A DNA stretch of 64,000 nucleotides from Bacteroidota bacterium. GTDB lineage: Bacteria > Bacteroidota > Bacteroidia > Palsa-965. The stretch is taken from positions 29,521-93,520 of the forward strand of contig JAJTEY010000001.1 in assembly GCA_021299855.1 (NCBI GenBank), in the 5' to 3' direction. A program made the translations under genes and the position numbers. The notes under the pieces were generated by a model, which did not search any database, had not been told where the DNA came from, and worked only from the letters and a program-made list of their open reading frames with translations. Below are positions 49,287 through 59,786 of the stretch, in pieces; position 1 is the first letter of the stretch, and every line of letters starts with the position of its first letter.

Positions 49287-51278
49287 TTATTTCACTACTT
49301 TAACTGAATGCGAAACGCCATCCTCATTGCGGCTTTGTACGACATAAATACCGGGTTGCCACATTCCTGTATTCATATAAATTGTACCGGCGTTCATTTC
49401 TTGATCGAACAACATTCTGCCGGTTGCATCGAACACCGTTAGTCGTCCTGCCTCAACACTTTCAATAGTCAATACATCGTGAACCGGATTTGGATAAACC
49501 AAAATTCCGGCAAAATTTTCACTTGGATGAACTGCAGAAGTAAACGGAGTCCAGCTCATATCAACCGCGGTTACGAAGCCGTCACCGATTCCTGAATACT
49601 GGGGATTCCAGGCCAGGTAAGTAGGGAAATTTGAACTATACGTTGTTCCTGTAATAAATACAACAGTATCCGCTGTAACCGTGCAACCCGCGTTAAATTC
49701 AGTATTGGATCCTCCCACGAATGTTCCTAAAACTAATGCTCCTGCTGTGTCTAACTTGAGCACGTACACATCATTACCCCCGGTAAGCGTATCGCTGAAC
49801 GAGCCGGGAGTTACCGGAAATGTAGGACTTTCAGTAGTTCCTGACAAGTAAACATACTTCCCCTGAACATTAATATCCATTCCTGCATCCATCAGTGCTC
49901 CTCCCAAAAAAGTACTCCAGACAATATTTCCTGAAGTGCTCATCTTGAATACAAAGGCATCACCGCTACCTGAATAATTCGGTTGCATCGCAGGACCTTC
50001 AATCGGGAATAACGGACTATATGTAAAGCCCGTGAGATACAAATTACCCGCGCTATCTGCAGCAATTCCGTTGGCATCTTCATTCGCACTTCCTCCAATT
50101 AACGTAGAGTATAATAACGCGCCGCTCATATCCATCCGAACTACGTACACATCGGGAATTCCCATGTTGACTTGCTGATATGCGTTTGGTGTTGTAGGAA
50201 AATTATTACTGAATGATCCTCCACAAAATGCAATTTCCTGATTATTGAGTACCACAACATCGTGAATATCCTCACCACCCGTTCCACCAAAAAATGTTGA
50301 CCACTGTGGTTGTAAGTTAACGTCCAGTCTACAGATGAATGCGTCCAATGTACCGCTGTTATTCGGGTACAAACCCAATGATGACATCGGCAATGTCAAT
50401 GATGTAGCAGATCCGCAAATAATCACATCAAGATTATCACTGATGTCAACACCCAATCCCTGTTCTCCTCCTGTTCCACCAAAAAATGTAGAACGCAGCA
50501 ACACGCCGGATGTGTCCAGTAATAATATAATTGCATCGTAACTTCCGGCTAATGTGTCCTGAAACGCACCGGGAATGGTGACATCATTGCTATTGGTAGC
50601 TCCGATAACCACGACCAGTGAATCGTGAACCTCAACATCCCAGCCGGCATCATAACCCGAGCCTCCCCAATAATAAGCCCACAAGCGTGCACCTGTCGGA
50701 CTCATTTTGGCAACAAACAAATCATATCCCCCACTGTATGTCACAGTATCGGTAACTGGAAAATCAACACTGGCCGTTCGTCCGCACACAAGCACGGCTC
50801 CATCCGCACAAGCCACAATTGAAGCGGGTTCATCGGTATCCGAACCACCTAAAAAAGTTGAATAAACTAAATCTGTAGTTGAAATGCTGCTGCCTTGAAT
50901 TTCGAGCACTTGAATTAATGGACGCGAAGGCAGCAACACATCAGAGCTTGAACGCATAACTATCCGATCAAACCCGGAAATGTTCCAACTGAATGCACAT
51001 TGACTACCATCGTGCAATTCATAAGTAATTGAATTTTCAGATAGGCTATATCCGATTGTTGCTGAACGAAAGAAGTAATCTGTTCGTATGTAATTCCATC
51101 CATCCGCAAGCTGAATTTTCTCAACGATGCTATATCCATCCGAAAAACAATACATATCCGCAAGTCGATAACGTTTCGTCACGATTGCATCTGCTTCCGA
51201 ACGGGAAAACAAGCCGACATTACTCAGTAAAGTGAGCAGTAAGAGAGTATAAATCTTAATCACTACTGTAAGTTGCAT
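49287..51278 (-). CDS. secreted SBBP beta-propeller-repeat protein with a T9SS type-A C-terminal sorting domain
   Basis: At least 7 SBBP-type repeats (YSTFLGGSDTDEPASIVACADGAVLVCGRTASVDFPVT, WSTFFGGTGGEDIHDVV..., and others). C-terminal tail LVYPNPVHDVLTIES...GIYVVQSRNEDGVSHSVKVVK. Confidence 0.75.
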   Translation of the reverse strand: MQLTVVIKIYTLLLLTLLSNVGLFSRSEADAIVTKRYRLADMYCFSDGYSIVEKIQLADGWNYIRTDYFFRSATIGYSLSENSITYELHDGSQCAFSWNISGFDRIVMRSSSDVLLPSRPLIQVLEIQGSSISTTDLVYSTFLGGSDTDEPASIVACADGAVLVCGRTASVDFPVTDTVTYSGGYDLFVAKMSPTGARLWAYYWGGSGYDAGWDVEVHDSLVVVIGATNSNDVTIPGAFQDTLAGSYDAIILLLDTSGVLLRSTFFGGTGGEQGLGVDISDNLDVIICGSATSLTLPMSSLGLYPNNSGTLDAFICRLDVNLQPQWSTFFGGTGGEDIHDVVVLNNQEIAFCGGSFSNNFPTTPNAYQQVNMGIPDVYVVRMDMSGALLYSTLIGGSANEDANGIAADSAGNLYLTGFTYSPLFPIEGPAMQPNYSGSGDAFVFKMSTSGNIVWSTFLGGALMDAGMDINVQGKYVYLSGTTESPTFPVTPGSFSDTLTGGNDVYVLKLDTAGALVLGTFVGGSNTEFNAGCTVTADTVVFITGTTYSSNFPTYLAWNPQYSGIGDGFVTAVDMSWTPFTSAVHPSENFAGILVYPNPVHDVLTIESVEAGRLTVFDATGRMLFDQEMNAGTIYMNTGMWQPGIYVVQSRNEDGVSHSVKVVK

Positions 51279-51333
51279 AATCTTATAAAAAAAAGGGCTT
51301 CACACGAAGCCCTTTAATGTTATTTTCAATACA

Positions 51334-54300
51334 CTAACGAATCAAATTTACGTGGCCTATGTAACGATGTTTATTACCGTTAATATCCACAAAGTTCACT
51401 TTCCAGACATAGGTGTCGATTTGAGAAATTTTTCCTCCGCCAAGAACCGTTCCATCCCATCCTTTCGTAATATCTTCAGAGAAGAAAATCTGATTGCCCC
51501 AACGGTCGAAGATGAAAAGTTGAAAATTAGACTGTTGGATACCTTGACCATACACGTAAAAAATATCGTTAATTCCATCAGCATTTGGTGTGAACGCATT
51601 GGGCGCGTAGAACGAATAATCAGGTTGAATAATTACGTAGTCCGAAGTACTGTCGATACAACCATGCTCAGTTACAACATATTGAACAATAGTGTATGTT
51701 CCCGGAGATTGATACTCGAAGGCGAAAGGAATACCTGTGTTAGTAATCACTTGATCCAAGGTATCTCCCATGTAATAAATAGTCGTGTCGCAATTGATAC
51801 AATTCGGGGTAAACGTAATCAACGGATTCAGAATTGTAGTGACTTGCGGAGTTACGGTAAATCCTGCAACAGGATTCGGATGCACCGTAATCATGTTCGG
51901 ATAAGTAATTGTACTTACGCATCCGTTTATGTCTGTAACCGTATAAGAAATGTTATAAGAACCTGCTGCCTGGAAGCAGTGTTGAGGATCAGTGTTAGTA
52001 GAATTGGTATTATCACCAAAATCCCAAACCACAGAACCTGCTGCCGGATTTGAAGCTCCTAGGAAGTCAACACAAACAGGAGCACAACCTTCAGTTACGG
52101 AAGGCGTTACGCTGATTACAGGTAAAGGTAATACCGTAACCACAACCGTTGCTGTTGCCACCGGAGAACCACAAGCATCACTAACTGTTACTACGTACGT
52201 AGTAGTTACTACCGGTGATGCAGTTGGGTTAGCTACAGTAGCAGAGGATAATCCGACCGCCGGACTCCATGCATACGTGTAAGGTCCGCCATCTCCACCG
52301 GAACCTGTTGCCGTTAATGCTGTATTACCACCGGGGCAAATAGATGCGTTCGGGCTTGCTACCACCTGAAGAGGTGGATAAACTGTAACTGTCATTTGAT
52401 CGGTGTTCACACAGCCATTCGCATCTGTAACAGTAACTGAATACGTTGTAGTCATTTGTGGACAAGCCTGAGGATTCCCGATGGCAGGGTTGTTCAAACC
52501 CATTGCTGGAGTCCACTGGTATTGTACACCGCCTGTTGCGTTCAGATTCACACAACTACCGCACATACTTTGGTCGGCACCGGCATTAGCGACAGGTAAT
52601 GGATTCACCACAACCGCAACGGTATCCGTGTTGGAACATCCCGAAGCATCTGTAACTGTTACTACGTAATTTGAAGTTGCGATCGGTGATACGTTTGGAT
52701 TAGCTGTATTCGCACCACTGTTAATATTGCTCCCTGTCCAACTATAACCAACACCACCAGAAGCATTCAACGTAGTGTTATCATTGATACAAATTGAATC
52801 ATCAATTCCAGCAGAAACTATTGGTAAGGGACGCACAAACAACTCCAAAGTGTCGCTTCCGTAGCATCCGTATTGGTTTGTTACGTTTACGATAAACAGT
52901 GCTGTAGCATTTGCGGAAACGGTTGGATTTGCTGTATTTCCCGCGTTGATAATAGCATTAGGATCTGTAGAACTCCACAAATATTGGGTTCCTCCTGATG
53001 CGTTTAATGAAGCGAATTGTCCCGGACAAATACTGTCATCGGCACCGGCAGTAACCACAATGTTGTTTGTTACATCAACAAATACAACCGCTGTGTCAGA
53101 ACATCCCGCACCAGAAATACCAATAACAGTGTATGTAGTTGCTGTTGCAGGCGCAAATTCTACTACAGAACCATCAGTTTGCAGCAAGGTAGCTCCGGTT
53201 AATGGAGTCCAGGTGTAGTTTGTTGCACCGGAAACGGTTAAGGTATCGCTAGACGTAGGACAAATAAGTAATGAATCATCGGACAATGTCAATACCGGAT
53301 TCGGATTGATCGTAACCGTAATAACGTCGTTGGATACACAACCCTGTGGTGAAGTGGAGGTTACATTATACGTTGTAGTTGTAAGCGGAGAAGCAGAAAC
53401 CTGATCTCCCGATGGAGTTAATACTGACAGTGTACTGTTTGGTGTCCATACAAACGAGTTAGTGTCAGAGCCGGCATCCAGCGTAACGGAATTTCCTGCA
53501 CAAATAGATGCGGAAGGAGGTGCAAAAGTTATCACAGGTAACTGATTAACAGTAACTGTAACCGTTTGGTTACCCGGACATAAACCACCGCTTGTCACGG
53601 TATAAGTTGCAGTGGCGTTTGGCGTAACCGTAACACTGGAACCGGAGGCCGAAAACGCATTAGGACCTATCCAAGTATATCCGGAAGATCCGGTAACGTT
53701 TAATGTTATGCTCTGCCCCACACATATTGCAGGCGCAGCAGGCGTAATCGTTAATACAGGAACTGGTGTAACTCCGACTGAAACCACGTTTGATGTTGCG
53801 GTTCCACAACCAGGAGCACCAATGATCTGTGCCCGGAAGAACATCGCCGCGGTAACAGGACAGAACTGATATGGATTCGTGGTTCCTCCAACAATATTGG
53901 TCCATGTGATGCCATTCGGTGATGATTGCCACTGTATAGTGCCGTTAGTAAAACTTGTAAGAGACAGATTCACACAACTTCCCGCACAAACAGTTGGAGG
54001 AGATACACTCGCGGTGCCCACCGTTGGAGGAGGATTTACCACAACCTGCACAGTAGCTGCCGGCACAGAATAACAATTCAAGTAGCCACCCGCCGCAGTT
54101 ACGGTGTACGTCGTAGTAACAGAAGGAGAGACAGTAACCGTCTGACCTGTTAAATTACCGGGCTGCCAGGTAAATGTTGGTGTTCCATTTCCGCATCCAC
54201 CACTTCCGGAAATAGTGGCGGACAACTGCACAGGTGTGGATGGACAAATTGGAGATACAGATGCGGCAGCACTCAAGCCAAACGTTGGCGCCAAGCCGGG

Positions 54301-54747
54301 CGTCGTAAAGGTGTAATTCTGCGTCCAAGGACCTGCACTACCTGAACCACACACCCGCTCGCGAGCACGCAAAACGTAAACAGTACCCGGACAGAGCTGA
54401 GTAAAAGGAATGGTAACCGGAAAATATGGCTCCAAAACGCAATTATCTGCCATGGGGTTTGGGATATTCAGTCCTGAACGGTAAAAAGGATAAGTATTCC
54501 AAGTAGTTGAATTGCAAGTTGGAATTACAGGCGCGTAGTTAGCAGCACTGAAACACGCCAATTGCACTTCCATGTAATATGGACCACACCCACATGTCGC
54601 CGGGTCTGAATTCCCACTAATGGTTACGCTTGATGATCCGACAGTAAAAACCGGACTAACTAATGCCACTCCGTGACACGCTTCTGCCGCGCGCTGAACG
54701 CCGAGAAATAGTAATACAATAATAAGTGCTCGTAGCATGTTTTGCAT
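51334..54747 (-). CDS. large (1137 aa) Ig-like/PKD-repeat adhesin with a T9SS type-B (CHU_C, gliding-motility-associated) C-terminal domain. It is a paralog of the 19896..22690 gene.
   Basis: Signal peptide MQNMLRALIIVLLFLGVQRAAEA. Many tandem Ig-like repeats. PKD-like VWDFGDNTNSTN. C-terminus YAPNAFTPNADGINDIFYVYG...FDRWGNQIFFSED...WDG...YIGHVNLIR. Confidence 0.8.
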   Translation of the reverse strand: MQNMLRALIIVLLFLGVQRAAEACHGVALVSPVFTVGSSSVTISGNSDPATCGCGPYYMEVQLACFSAANYAPVIPTCNSTTWNTYPFYRSGLNIPNPMADNCVLEPYFPVTIPFTQLCPGTVYVLRARERVCGSGSAGPWTQNYTFTTPGLAPTFGLSAAASVSPICPSTPVQLSATISGSGGCGNGTPTFTWQPGNLTGQTVTVSPSVTTTYTVTAAGGYLNCYSVPAATVQVVVNPPPTVGTASVSPPTVCAGSCVNLSLTSFTNGTIQWQSSPNGITWTNIVGGTTNPYQFCPVTAAMFFRAQIIGAPGCGTATSNVVSVGVTPVPVLTITPAAPAICVGQSITLNVTGSSGYTWIGPNAFSASGSSVTVTPNATATYTVTSGGLCPGNQTVTVTVNQLPVITFAPPSASICAGNSVTLDAGSDTNSFVWTPNSTLSVLTPSGDQVSASPLTTTTYNVTSTSPQGCVSNDVITVTINPNPVLTLSDDSLLICPTSSDTLTVSGATNYTWTPLTGATLLQTDGSVVEFAPATATTYTVIGISGAGCSDTAVVFVDVTNNIVVTAGADDSICPGQFASLNASGGTQYLWSSTDPNAIINAGNTANPTVSANATALFIVNVTNQYGCYGSDTLELFVRPLPIVSAGIDDSICINDNTTLNASGGVGYSWTGSNINSGANTANPNVSPIATSNYVVTVTDASGCSNTDTVAVVVNPLPVANAGADQSMCGSCVNLNATGGVQYQWTPAMGLNNPAIGNPQACPQMTTTYSVTVTDANGCVNTDQMTVTVYPPLQVVASPNASICPGGNTALTATGSGGDGGPYTYAWSPAVGLSSATVANPTASPVVTTTYVVTVSDACGSPVATATVVVTVLPLPVISVTPSVTEGCAPVCVDFLGASNPAAGSVVWDFGDNTNSTNTDPQHCFQAAGSYNISYTVTDINGCVSTITYPNMITVHPNPVAGFTVTPQVTTILNPLITFTPNCINCDTTIYYMGDTLDQVITNTGIPFAFEYQSPGTYTIVQYVVTEHGCIDSTSDYVIIQPDYSFYAPNAFTPNADGINDIFYVYGQGIQQSNFQLFIFDRWGNQIFFSEDITKGWDGTVLGGGKISQIDTYVWKVNFVDINGNKHRYIGHVNLIR

Positions 54748-54915
54748 GTTACCGAAATTTAAGTGTTCCTATAAGTATGTTAAGCCGTTCGAAAGATACG
54801 CAAAACAGCGTCTAAATCGATTAGTCAGGAGCAAAAAATGTGGGAACTTTTGAACAAACCAACATGTATCGATGAAATGTTGAGATAAGCGGACAATTGA
54901 AATAAGCTTTTTCTC

Positions 54916-55491
54916 CTACAATTTTTCTAAAATTGAGTCGTCAAGCGGGGATACGGAAGAGTTAAAAAAGTGAATCAATTCACCTTTTTCGTTTAATAAA
55001 TACTTGCAAAAATTCCAATTGGGCGAACTCTCATTCCAACCATTGGCTGCCGGTGATGTTAACCACTGATAAAGCGGATGTTGCTCGTCGCCAACAACTT
55101 TTATTTTTTCAGTTAAGGTGAATTTTATGCCATAATTACGTTCACAGAACGTTTGTATTTCGTTGTTCCCACCCGGTTCTTGCCCACCAAAATTATTCGC
55201 AGGAACACCAACAATCTCGAGCTTGTCTCCATGCAACTCATACAACTTCTGAAGCTCCGCATATTGAGGTGTATAACCGCATTCGGATGCGGTATTAACA
55301 ATCAATAATTTTTTGCCTTTGAATTTACTCCAATCCAGAGGCAAACCGTTAATCAATTTGATTGATGGCGAAGCAGTATAAATCGTAGGTATGGGCATAT
55401 TGTTTGTTGTCGTTTCAGGACGCTTAACTTCTGTTTTACAACCTGTTAGAGCTCCCCAAAACATGATTACAGGGTAAAATATTTTTTTCAT
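54916..55491 (-). CDS. gpx: glutathione peroxidase
   Basis: LIVNTASECGYTPQYAELQ (active-site Cys) and NFGGQEPG. Lipoprotein-like N-terminus. The likely start is the ATG at 55491. Confidence 0.85.
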   Translation of the reverse strand: MKKIFYPVIMFWGALTGCKTEVKRPETTTNNMPIPTIYTASPSIKLINGLPLDWSKFKGKKLLIVNTASECGYTPQYAELQKLYELHGDKLEIVGVPANNFGGQEPGGNNEIQTFCERNYGIKFTLTEKIKVVGDEQHPLYQWLTSPAANGWNESSPNWNFCKYLLNEKGELIHFFNSSVSPLDDSILEKL

Positions 55492-55498
55492 TGCCGCT

Positions 55499-56017
55499 TT
55501 ACATTTTGATAAATTCTGCACACTGAACTTCCAGAGCTCCAAGTACATTTTCATCCGTTAACTGATTATCTTGAATCAACTTCCCGACTCCGGAGATTAT
55601 AACATGTTTAGGCAATACCATTATTCCCAAGTAATGGAATGCTCCGCTCAGTTGATCCAACCCGCGAAGATTTCCTCCGCGCCCGTCTGCAACACCAACC
55701 AATGCGGATTTCTTACCACGCAATAAACTTGGATGAATGGAATCGATGAACATTTTCAGAATTCCCGGATAGGAACCGTTGTATTCCGGGGCTACAAATA
55801 CAAACTTATCAGCACCTCCAATCGTCGAAGAAATCCAGGTTTTGTAATCATCGCTCTGTTGGCTCCCGAAATACGTAAATGCAAAATCCAGGGGCAAATC
55901 TTCCAACGTAATGAACTGATGAGCTTCTCCCCGAGCCTTGAGCAAATTTCTGTAGTGTTCCGCTATAATGCGAGTGCGGCTTCCGACGCGGTTTGTTCCT
56001 GAAATAATTGTGATCAT
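55499..56017 (-). CDS. NAD(P)H-dependent FMN reductase-family oxidoreductase
   Basis: MITIISGTNRVGSRTRIIAEHY and flavodoxin-like fold motifs (FVAPEYNGSYPGILK). Confidence 0.8.
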   Translation of the reverse strand: MITIISGTNRVGSRTRIIAEHYRNLLKARGEAHQFITLEDLPLDFAFTYFGSQQSDDYKTWISSTIGGADKFVFVAPEYNGSYPGILKMFIDSIHPSLLRGKKSALVGVADGRGGNLRGLDQLSGAFHYLGIMVLPKHVIISGVGKLIQDNQLTDENVLGALEVQCAEFIKM

Positions 56018-56176
56018 CAGTCGATTAAGTTTTTATCTGCGTTTTGTTCAAAATTCGTTCACATCCATTCCCTCTAATTTCCCTAACTTCACACGGTTTT
56101 TTACTGGCACAAAGAACGGTATTTGGTTTCAGATACTCATCCGAAACAAGTTGCGGTTAAAAAAGTTTAACAGTTT

Positions 56177-56857
56177 ATGAAAATCACTTTTTACGGTCAT
56201 TCATGCTTTGGTATTGAAGTGAAAGGAAAACATTTGTTGTTTGACCCGTTTATTTCACCAAATCCGTTGGCTGCACATATTGATGTGAATAGTGTAAAGG
56301 CTGATTTTATCCTGCAGTCACACGGTCACATGGATCATATCGCAGATACGGTTGCTATTGCCAAGCGAACGGGCGCTACAGTAATTTGTGCTTTCGAAAT
56401 TCACGAGTGGTTAAACAATCAAGGTGTCACCACAACACATCCGATGAACACCGGTGGTAAATGGATGTTTGATTTCGGAAAAGTGAAGTGTGTTGCTGCG
56501 GTTCATTCCAGCAGCTTGCCGGACGGCTCGTATGGTGGCAATCCTATGGGATTTGTAATTGAAAGTGACGAAGGAAATTTTTATTACGCCGGAGACACTG
56601 CTTTAACGTACGACATGAAATTAATCGGTGAATACCGTAAAGTTGATTTTGCCTTGTTGCCATTGGGAGACAATTTTACCATGGGTGTGGACAATGCGAT
56701 CATCGCGAGCGATTTCATCAAGTGCAATGATATCATCGGTATGCACTACGACACCTTTGGTTACATCAAGATTGATTCGTCGGAAGCCATTCAGAAATTT
56801 GAACGCTCGGGCAAAAAACTTACACTGATGAATATCGGTGAAACGATTACTAAATAA
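56177..56857 (+). CDS. metallo-beta-lactamase-fold metal-dependent hydrolase (UPF0173-like)
   Basis: MKITFYGHSCFGIE and the HxHxDH motif (QSHGHMDHI). Confidence 0.8.
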   Translation: MKITFYGHSCFGIEVKGKHLLFDPFISPNPLAAHIDVNSVKADFILQSHGHMDHIADTVAIAKRTGATVICAFEIHEWLNNQGVTTTHPMNTGGKWMFDFGKVKCVAAVHSSSLPDGSYGGNPMGFVIESDEGNFYYAGDTALTYDMKLIGEYRKVDFALLPLGDNFTMGVDNAIIASDFIKCNDIIGMHYDTFGYIKIDSSEAIQKFERSGKKLTLMNIGETITK

Positions 56858-56877
56858 CGCGTTGGAACGATAGTTAC

Positions 56878-57690
56878 ATGGGAAAAATAATTGCTATAGC
56901 AAATCAAAAAGGCGGTGTTGGTAAAACTACCACTGCAATAAATCTGGCAGCAAGTTTTGCAGTGTTGGAACATAAAACATTGCTTATTGATGCGGATCCG
57001 CAGGCGAATGCAACCTCTGGAGTCGGCTTCGACCCAAAGAATGTAAAAACCAGTATTTACGAGTGCATCATTGAAGGACGCAATCCGAAAGATATTATTC
57101 TTCAAACTTCAACACCTAATTTGGACTTACTTCCTGCTCACATCGATCTTGTAGGCGCTGAAATTGAGATGATCAATTTGCCGAATCGCGAAAAGATGAT
57201 GAAGCAAGCGTTGGAAAAAGTTAAAGATGAATATGACTTTATCATCGTTGATTGTTCACCTTCGCTTGGTTTGATAACCGTTAACGCTCTAACTGCAGCA
57301 AATTCAGTTATAGTTCCTGTACAATGTGAATACTTCGCTTTGGAAGGATTGGGTAAATTATTGAACACCATTAAAATTGTTCAGAGTCGTTTGAATCCTG
57401 ATTTAGCAATTGAAGGTATTCTGCTGACGATGTACGATATCCGCTTGCGTCTGAGCAATCAGGTGGTAGAAGAAGTGAAAACTCATTTTCAGTCGATGGT
57501 ATTTGATACCATTATTCAACGCAATACAAAATTGGGAGAAGCGCCAAGTTTCGGCGAAACCATTATTATGCACGACGCCACCAGCAAAGGAGCCATCAAT
57601 TATCTGAATCTTGCTCGTGAAGTGTTGCAGAAAAACAATTTGACACGCATGAGTGATGAACAGAAAATCATCAATATCACGCAAGGATAA
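56878..57690 (+). CDS. parA: chromosome partitioning ATPase ParA/Soj
   Basis: Deviant Walker A KGGVGKTTTAINLA. Length and position upstream of parB. Confidence 0.9.
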   Translation: MGKIIAIANQKGGVGKTTTAINLAASFAVLEHKTLLIDADPQANATSGVGFDPKNVKTSIYECIIEGRNPKDIILQTSTPNLDLLPAHIDLVGAEIEMINLPNREKMMKQALEKVKDEYDFIIVDCSPSLGLITVNALTAANSVIVPVQCEYFALEGLGKLLNTIKIVQSRLNPDLAIEGILLTMYDIRLRLSNQVVEEVKTHFQSMVFDTIIQRNTKLGEAPSFGETIIMHDATSKGAINYLNLAREVLQKNNLTRMSDEQKIINITQG

Positions 57691-57763
57691 TACGGAACAA
57701 ATAAATACTACCGCGAAGGAAGTCGGCGCCATGCCGACTTTGTCGTCCAAATACAGGAACACC

Positions 57764-58663
57764 ATGAGTACGAAAAGAAACGCATTAGGAAAAGGACTGA
57801 GTGCATTGCTGGAAAATGCCAATACCGACATTACTTCTAATAATCGCCTTGGTGGTGAATTGGGCGCTGTCGCAGGATCTGTTTCCAACATTCCGATTGC
57901 ACAAATTGAAACTAATCCGTTTCAACCGCGCACACATTTTGAAGAACAAGCTTTACAAGAACTTTCCGAATCAATTAAAGTGCATGGTATCATTCAACCC
58001 ATTACTGTTCGAAAAATGGGTTACGACAAATATCAATTGATCAGTGGTGAACGTCGTTTTCGTGCATCGCAATTAGCTGGCTTGGAATCTATTCCTGCAT
58101 ACATTCGTGTTGCTAACGATCAGGCGATGCTGGAAATGGCCTTAGTTGAAAATATCCAGCGAGAAAATTTAGATGCAATTGAAATTGCGATCAGCTATAA
58201 ACGATTGATAGATGAATGCAGTTTAACACAAGAGCAACTTGCAGAAAAAGTAAGCAAACAACGGGCAACGGTTACGAACTACTTACGCCTATTGAAACTA
58301 CCGGCTGAAGTACAGAAAGGAATTCGCGAGAAGATGATCAGTATGGGGCATGCACGCGCATTGATTAATGTCGAAAAGCAAACCGACATGATCGATTTAT
58401 ACCATCGCACGGTGGAGGAAAATTTATCAGTGCGTGAAGTGGAAGAGTTGGCGCGCGATGTCAAGAAAATTGAGCCTCGCATTAAGCATAAGAATCTACA
58501 AGGCGATTTGGATGAATTATTCGCCGATAAACTGAAGAGTTTAAATAAGCAGTATAAAACGAAAATTCAGTTAAAGAGTAACGATGAGGGGCAAGGCAAG
58601 CTGATCATCCCGTTTAAAAATCAGGAAGACCTGGAGCGTTTGTTGGATGCTTTAGATATTTAG
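57764..58663 (+). CDS. parB: chromosome partitioning protein ParB/Spo0J
   Basis: ParB box GERRFRA and a helix-turn-helix region. The start is the ATG at 57764 (MSTKRNALGKGLSALL). Confidence 0.85.
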   Translation: MSTKRNALGKGLSALLENANTDITSNNRLGGELGAVAGSVSNIPIAQIETNPFQPRTHFEEQALQELSESIKVHGIIQPITVRKMGYDKYQLISGERRFRASQLAGLESIPAYIRVANDQAMLEMALVENIQRENLDAIEIAISYKRLIDECSLTQEQLAEKVSKQRATVTNYLRLLKLPAEVQKGIREKMISMGHARALINVEKQTDMIDLYHRTVEENLSVREVEELARDVKKIEPRIKHKNLQGDLDELFADKLKSLNKQYKTKIQLKSNDEGQGKLIIPFKNQEDLERLLDALDI

Positions 58664-58667
58664 TGGA

Positions 58668-59213
58668 ATGAGGATCAGTGTATTCATCGTTGCGCTTATT
58701 ATTTCCTGTGAAATGCAGGCGCAATACATGATGCCGAAAAACCCGAACGATTCGTTACCGGTTAAAGTAAAGCCTGCACATTCTCCTAAAAAAGCTGCCA
58801 TTTATAGTGCGTGCCTTCCCGGATTAGGTCAAATCTATAACAAGAAATATTGGAAAGTTCCTGTTATCTATGCAGGATTTGCAGGCCTGGGATATGGGTT
58901 TTATTTTAATCATCGCGAATATAAAACATACCGTAATGCGTTGCGTTATCGCTACGATGACGACCCTGCTACGATTGATAATTTCCCCCAATACGACGAT
59001 GATAATCTGGTAACATTAAAAAACTTCTATCAGCGCTATCGTGATTTAACGGTTGTGGGCATGGCTGCATTATATACTTTGAACGTTGTAGATGCGGCTG
59101 TGGATGCACACTTGTTTACATTTGACGTAAGCGATGATTTGAGCATGCGTGTGCAACCTACAATAACGATGGATTTCACACCCGGGATACGCTGTGGTTT
59201 AACGATAAAATAA
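58668..59213 (+). CDS. DUF5683-family protein (conserved downstream of parAB in Bacteroidota)
   Basis: Signal peptide. SACLPGLGQIYNKKYWKVPVIYAGFAGLGYGFYFN matches the DUF5683 pattern as I recall it, and the gene sits downstream of parB. Confidence 0.6.
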   Translation: MRISVFIVALIISCEMQAQYMMPKNPNDSLPVKVKPAHSPKKAAIYSACLPGLGQIYNKKYWKVPVIYAGFAGLGYGFYFNHREYKTYRNALRYRYDDDPATIDNFPQYDDDNLVTLKNFYQRYRDLTVVGMAALYTLNVVDAAVDAHLFTFDVSDDLSMRVQPTITMDFTPGIRCGLTIK

Positions 59214-59216
59214 CGC

Positions 59217-59786
59217 ATGAAGAAATTACTATTTACAGCCCCCTTCTTGGTGGCACTTGTTACTATTGCACTGTCATCGTGTGGCAACGATAAACAAGAG
59301 TGGCAAACCGTAAAGGCGCTGAACTCATACAGTATTGATGTTCCTGCCGGAATGAAACCAACAACAGAATTAAATCCGGTTGCATCATTGCAATACGAAT
59401 GGGAAGAAGAAGAATTATACACGATTTGTATTCGTGAGAACAAAGAAGAAATTAAACAAGTATTTCTTGAAAATGGATTTGACAGTGCTTCCAAAGAAGC
59501 GATTCCAGTTGAAACCTATGCACAACTTGTTTTAACAGCGTTCGAAAACAACATGCATGTTATTACGCATTCGCCTATGCAAAAAATAAAAAGCGCGGAA
59601 GGCTATGCAGGTGTGCAAACCGAAATCACCAGTGAAATCGACGGTAATGAAGGTTATTATATTTTCTCTGTATTAGAAACACCTGAAGATTATTATCAAA
59701 TCGTTTCGTGGACATTGAATAAATTCAAATCCAAACATCGAGACTCTATGCTGCGAATGTGTAATTCGTTCCGGATTCTCAAGTGA
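59217..59786 (+). CDS. hypothetical lipoprotein
   Basis: Lipobox LVTIALSSCGND. 189 aa. It starts 3 nt after the DUF5683 gene. Confidence 0.5.
   Translation: MKKLLFTAPFLVALVTIALSSCGNDKQEWQTVKALNSYSIDVPAGMKPTTELNPVASLQYEWEEEELYTICIRENKEEIKQVFLENGFDSASKEAIPVETYAQLVLTAFENNMHVITHSPMQKIKSAEGYAGVQTEITSEIDGNEGYYIFSVLETPEDYYQIVSWTLNKFKSKHRDSMLRMCNSFRILK

Noticed and set aside
51352-52053. 233-aa plus-strand ORF inside the type-B adhesin gene
   Set aside because: It is antisense to a gene with a signal peptide and recognisable repeat/CTD architecture, and it has an implausible composition.
57653-57763. parB start at 57653, overlapping parA
   Set aside because: The extension has no ParB-like sequence. 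The ATG at 57764 gives the conserved N-terminal start of ParB.
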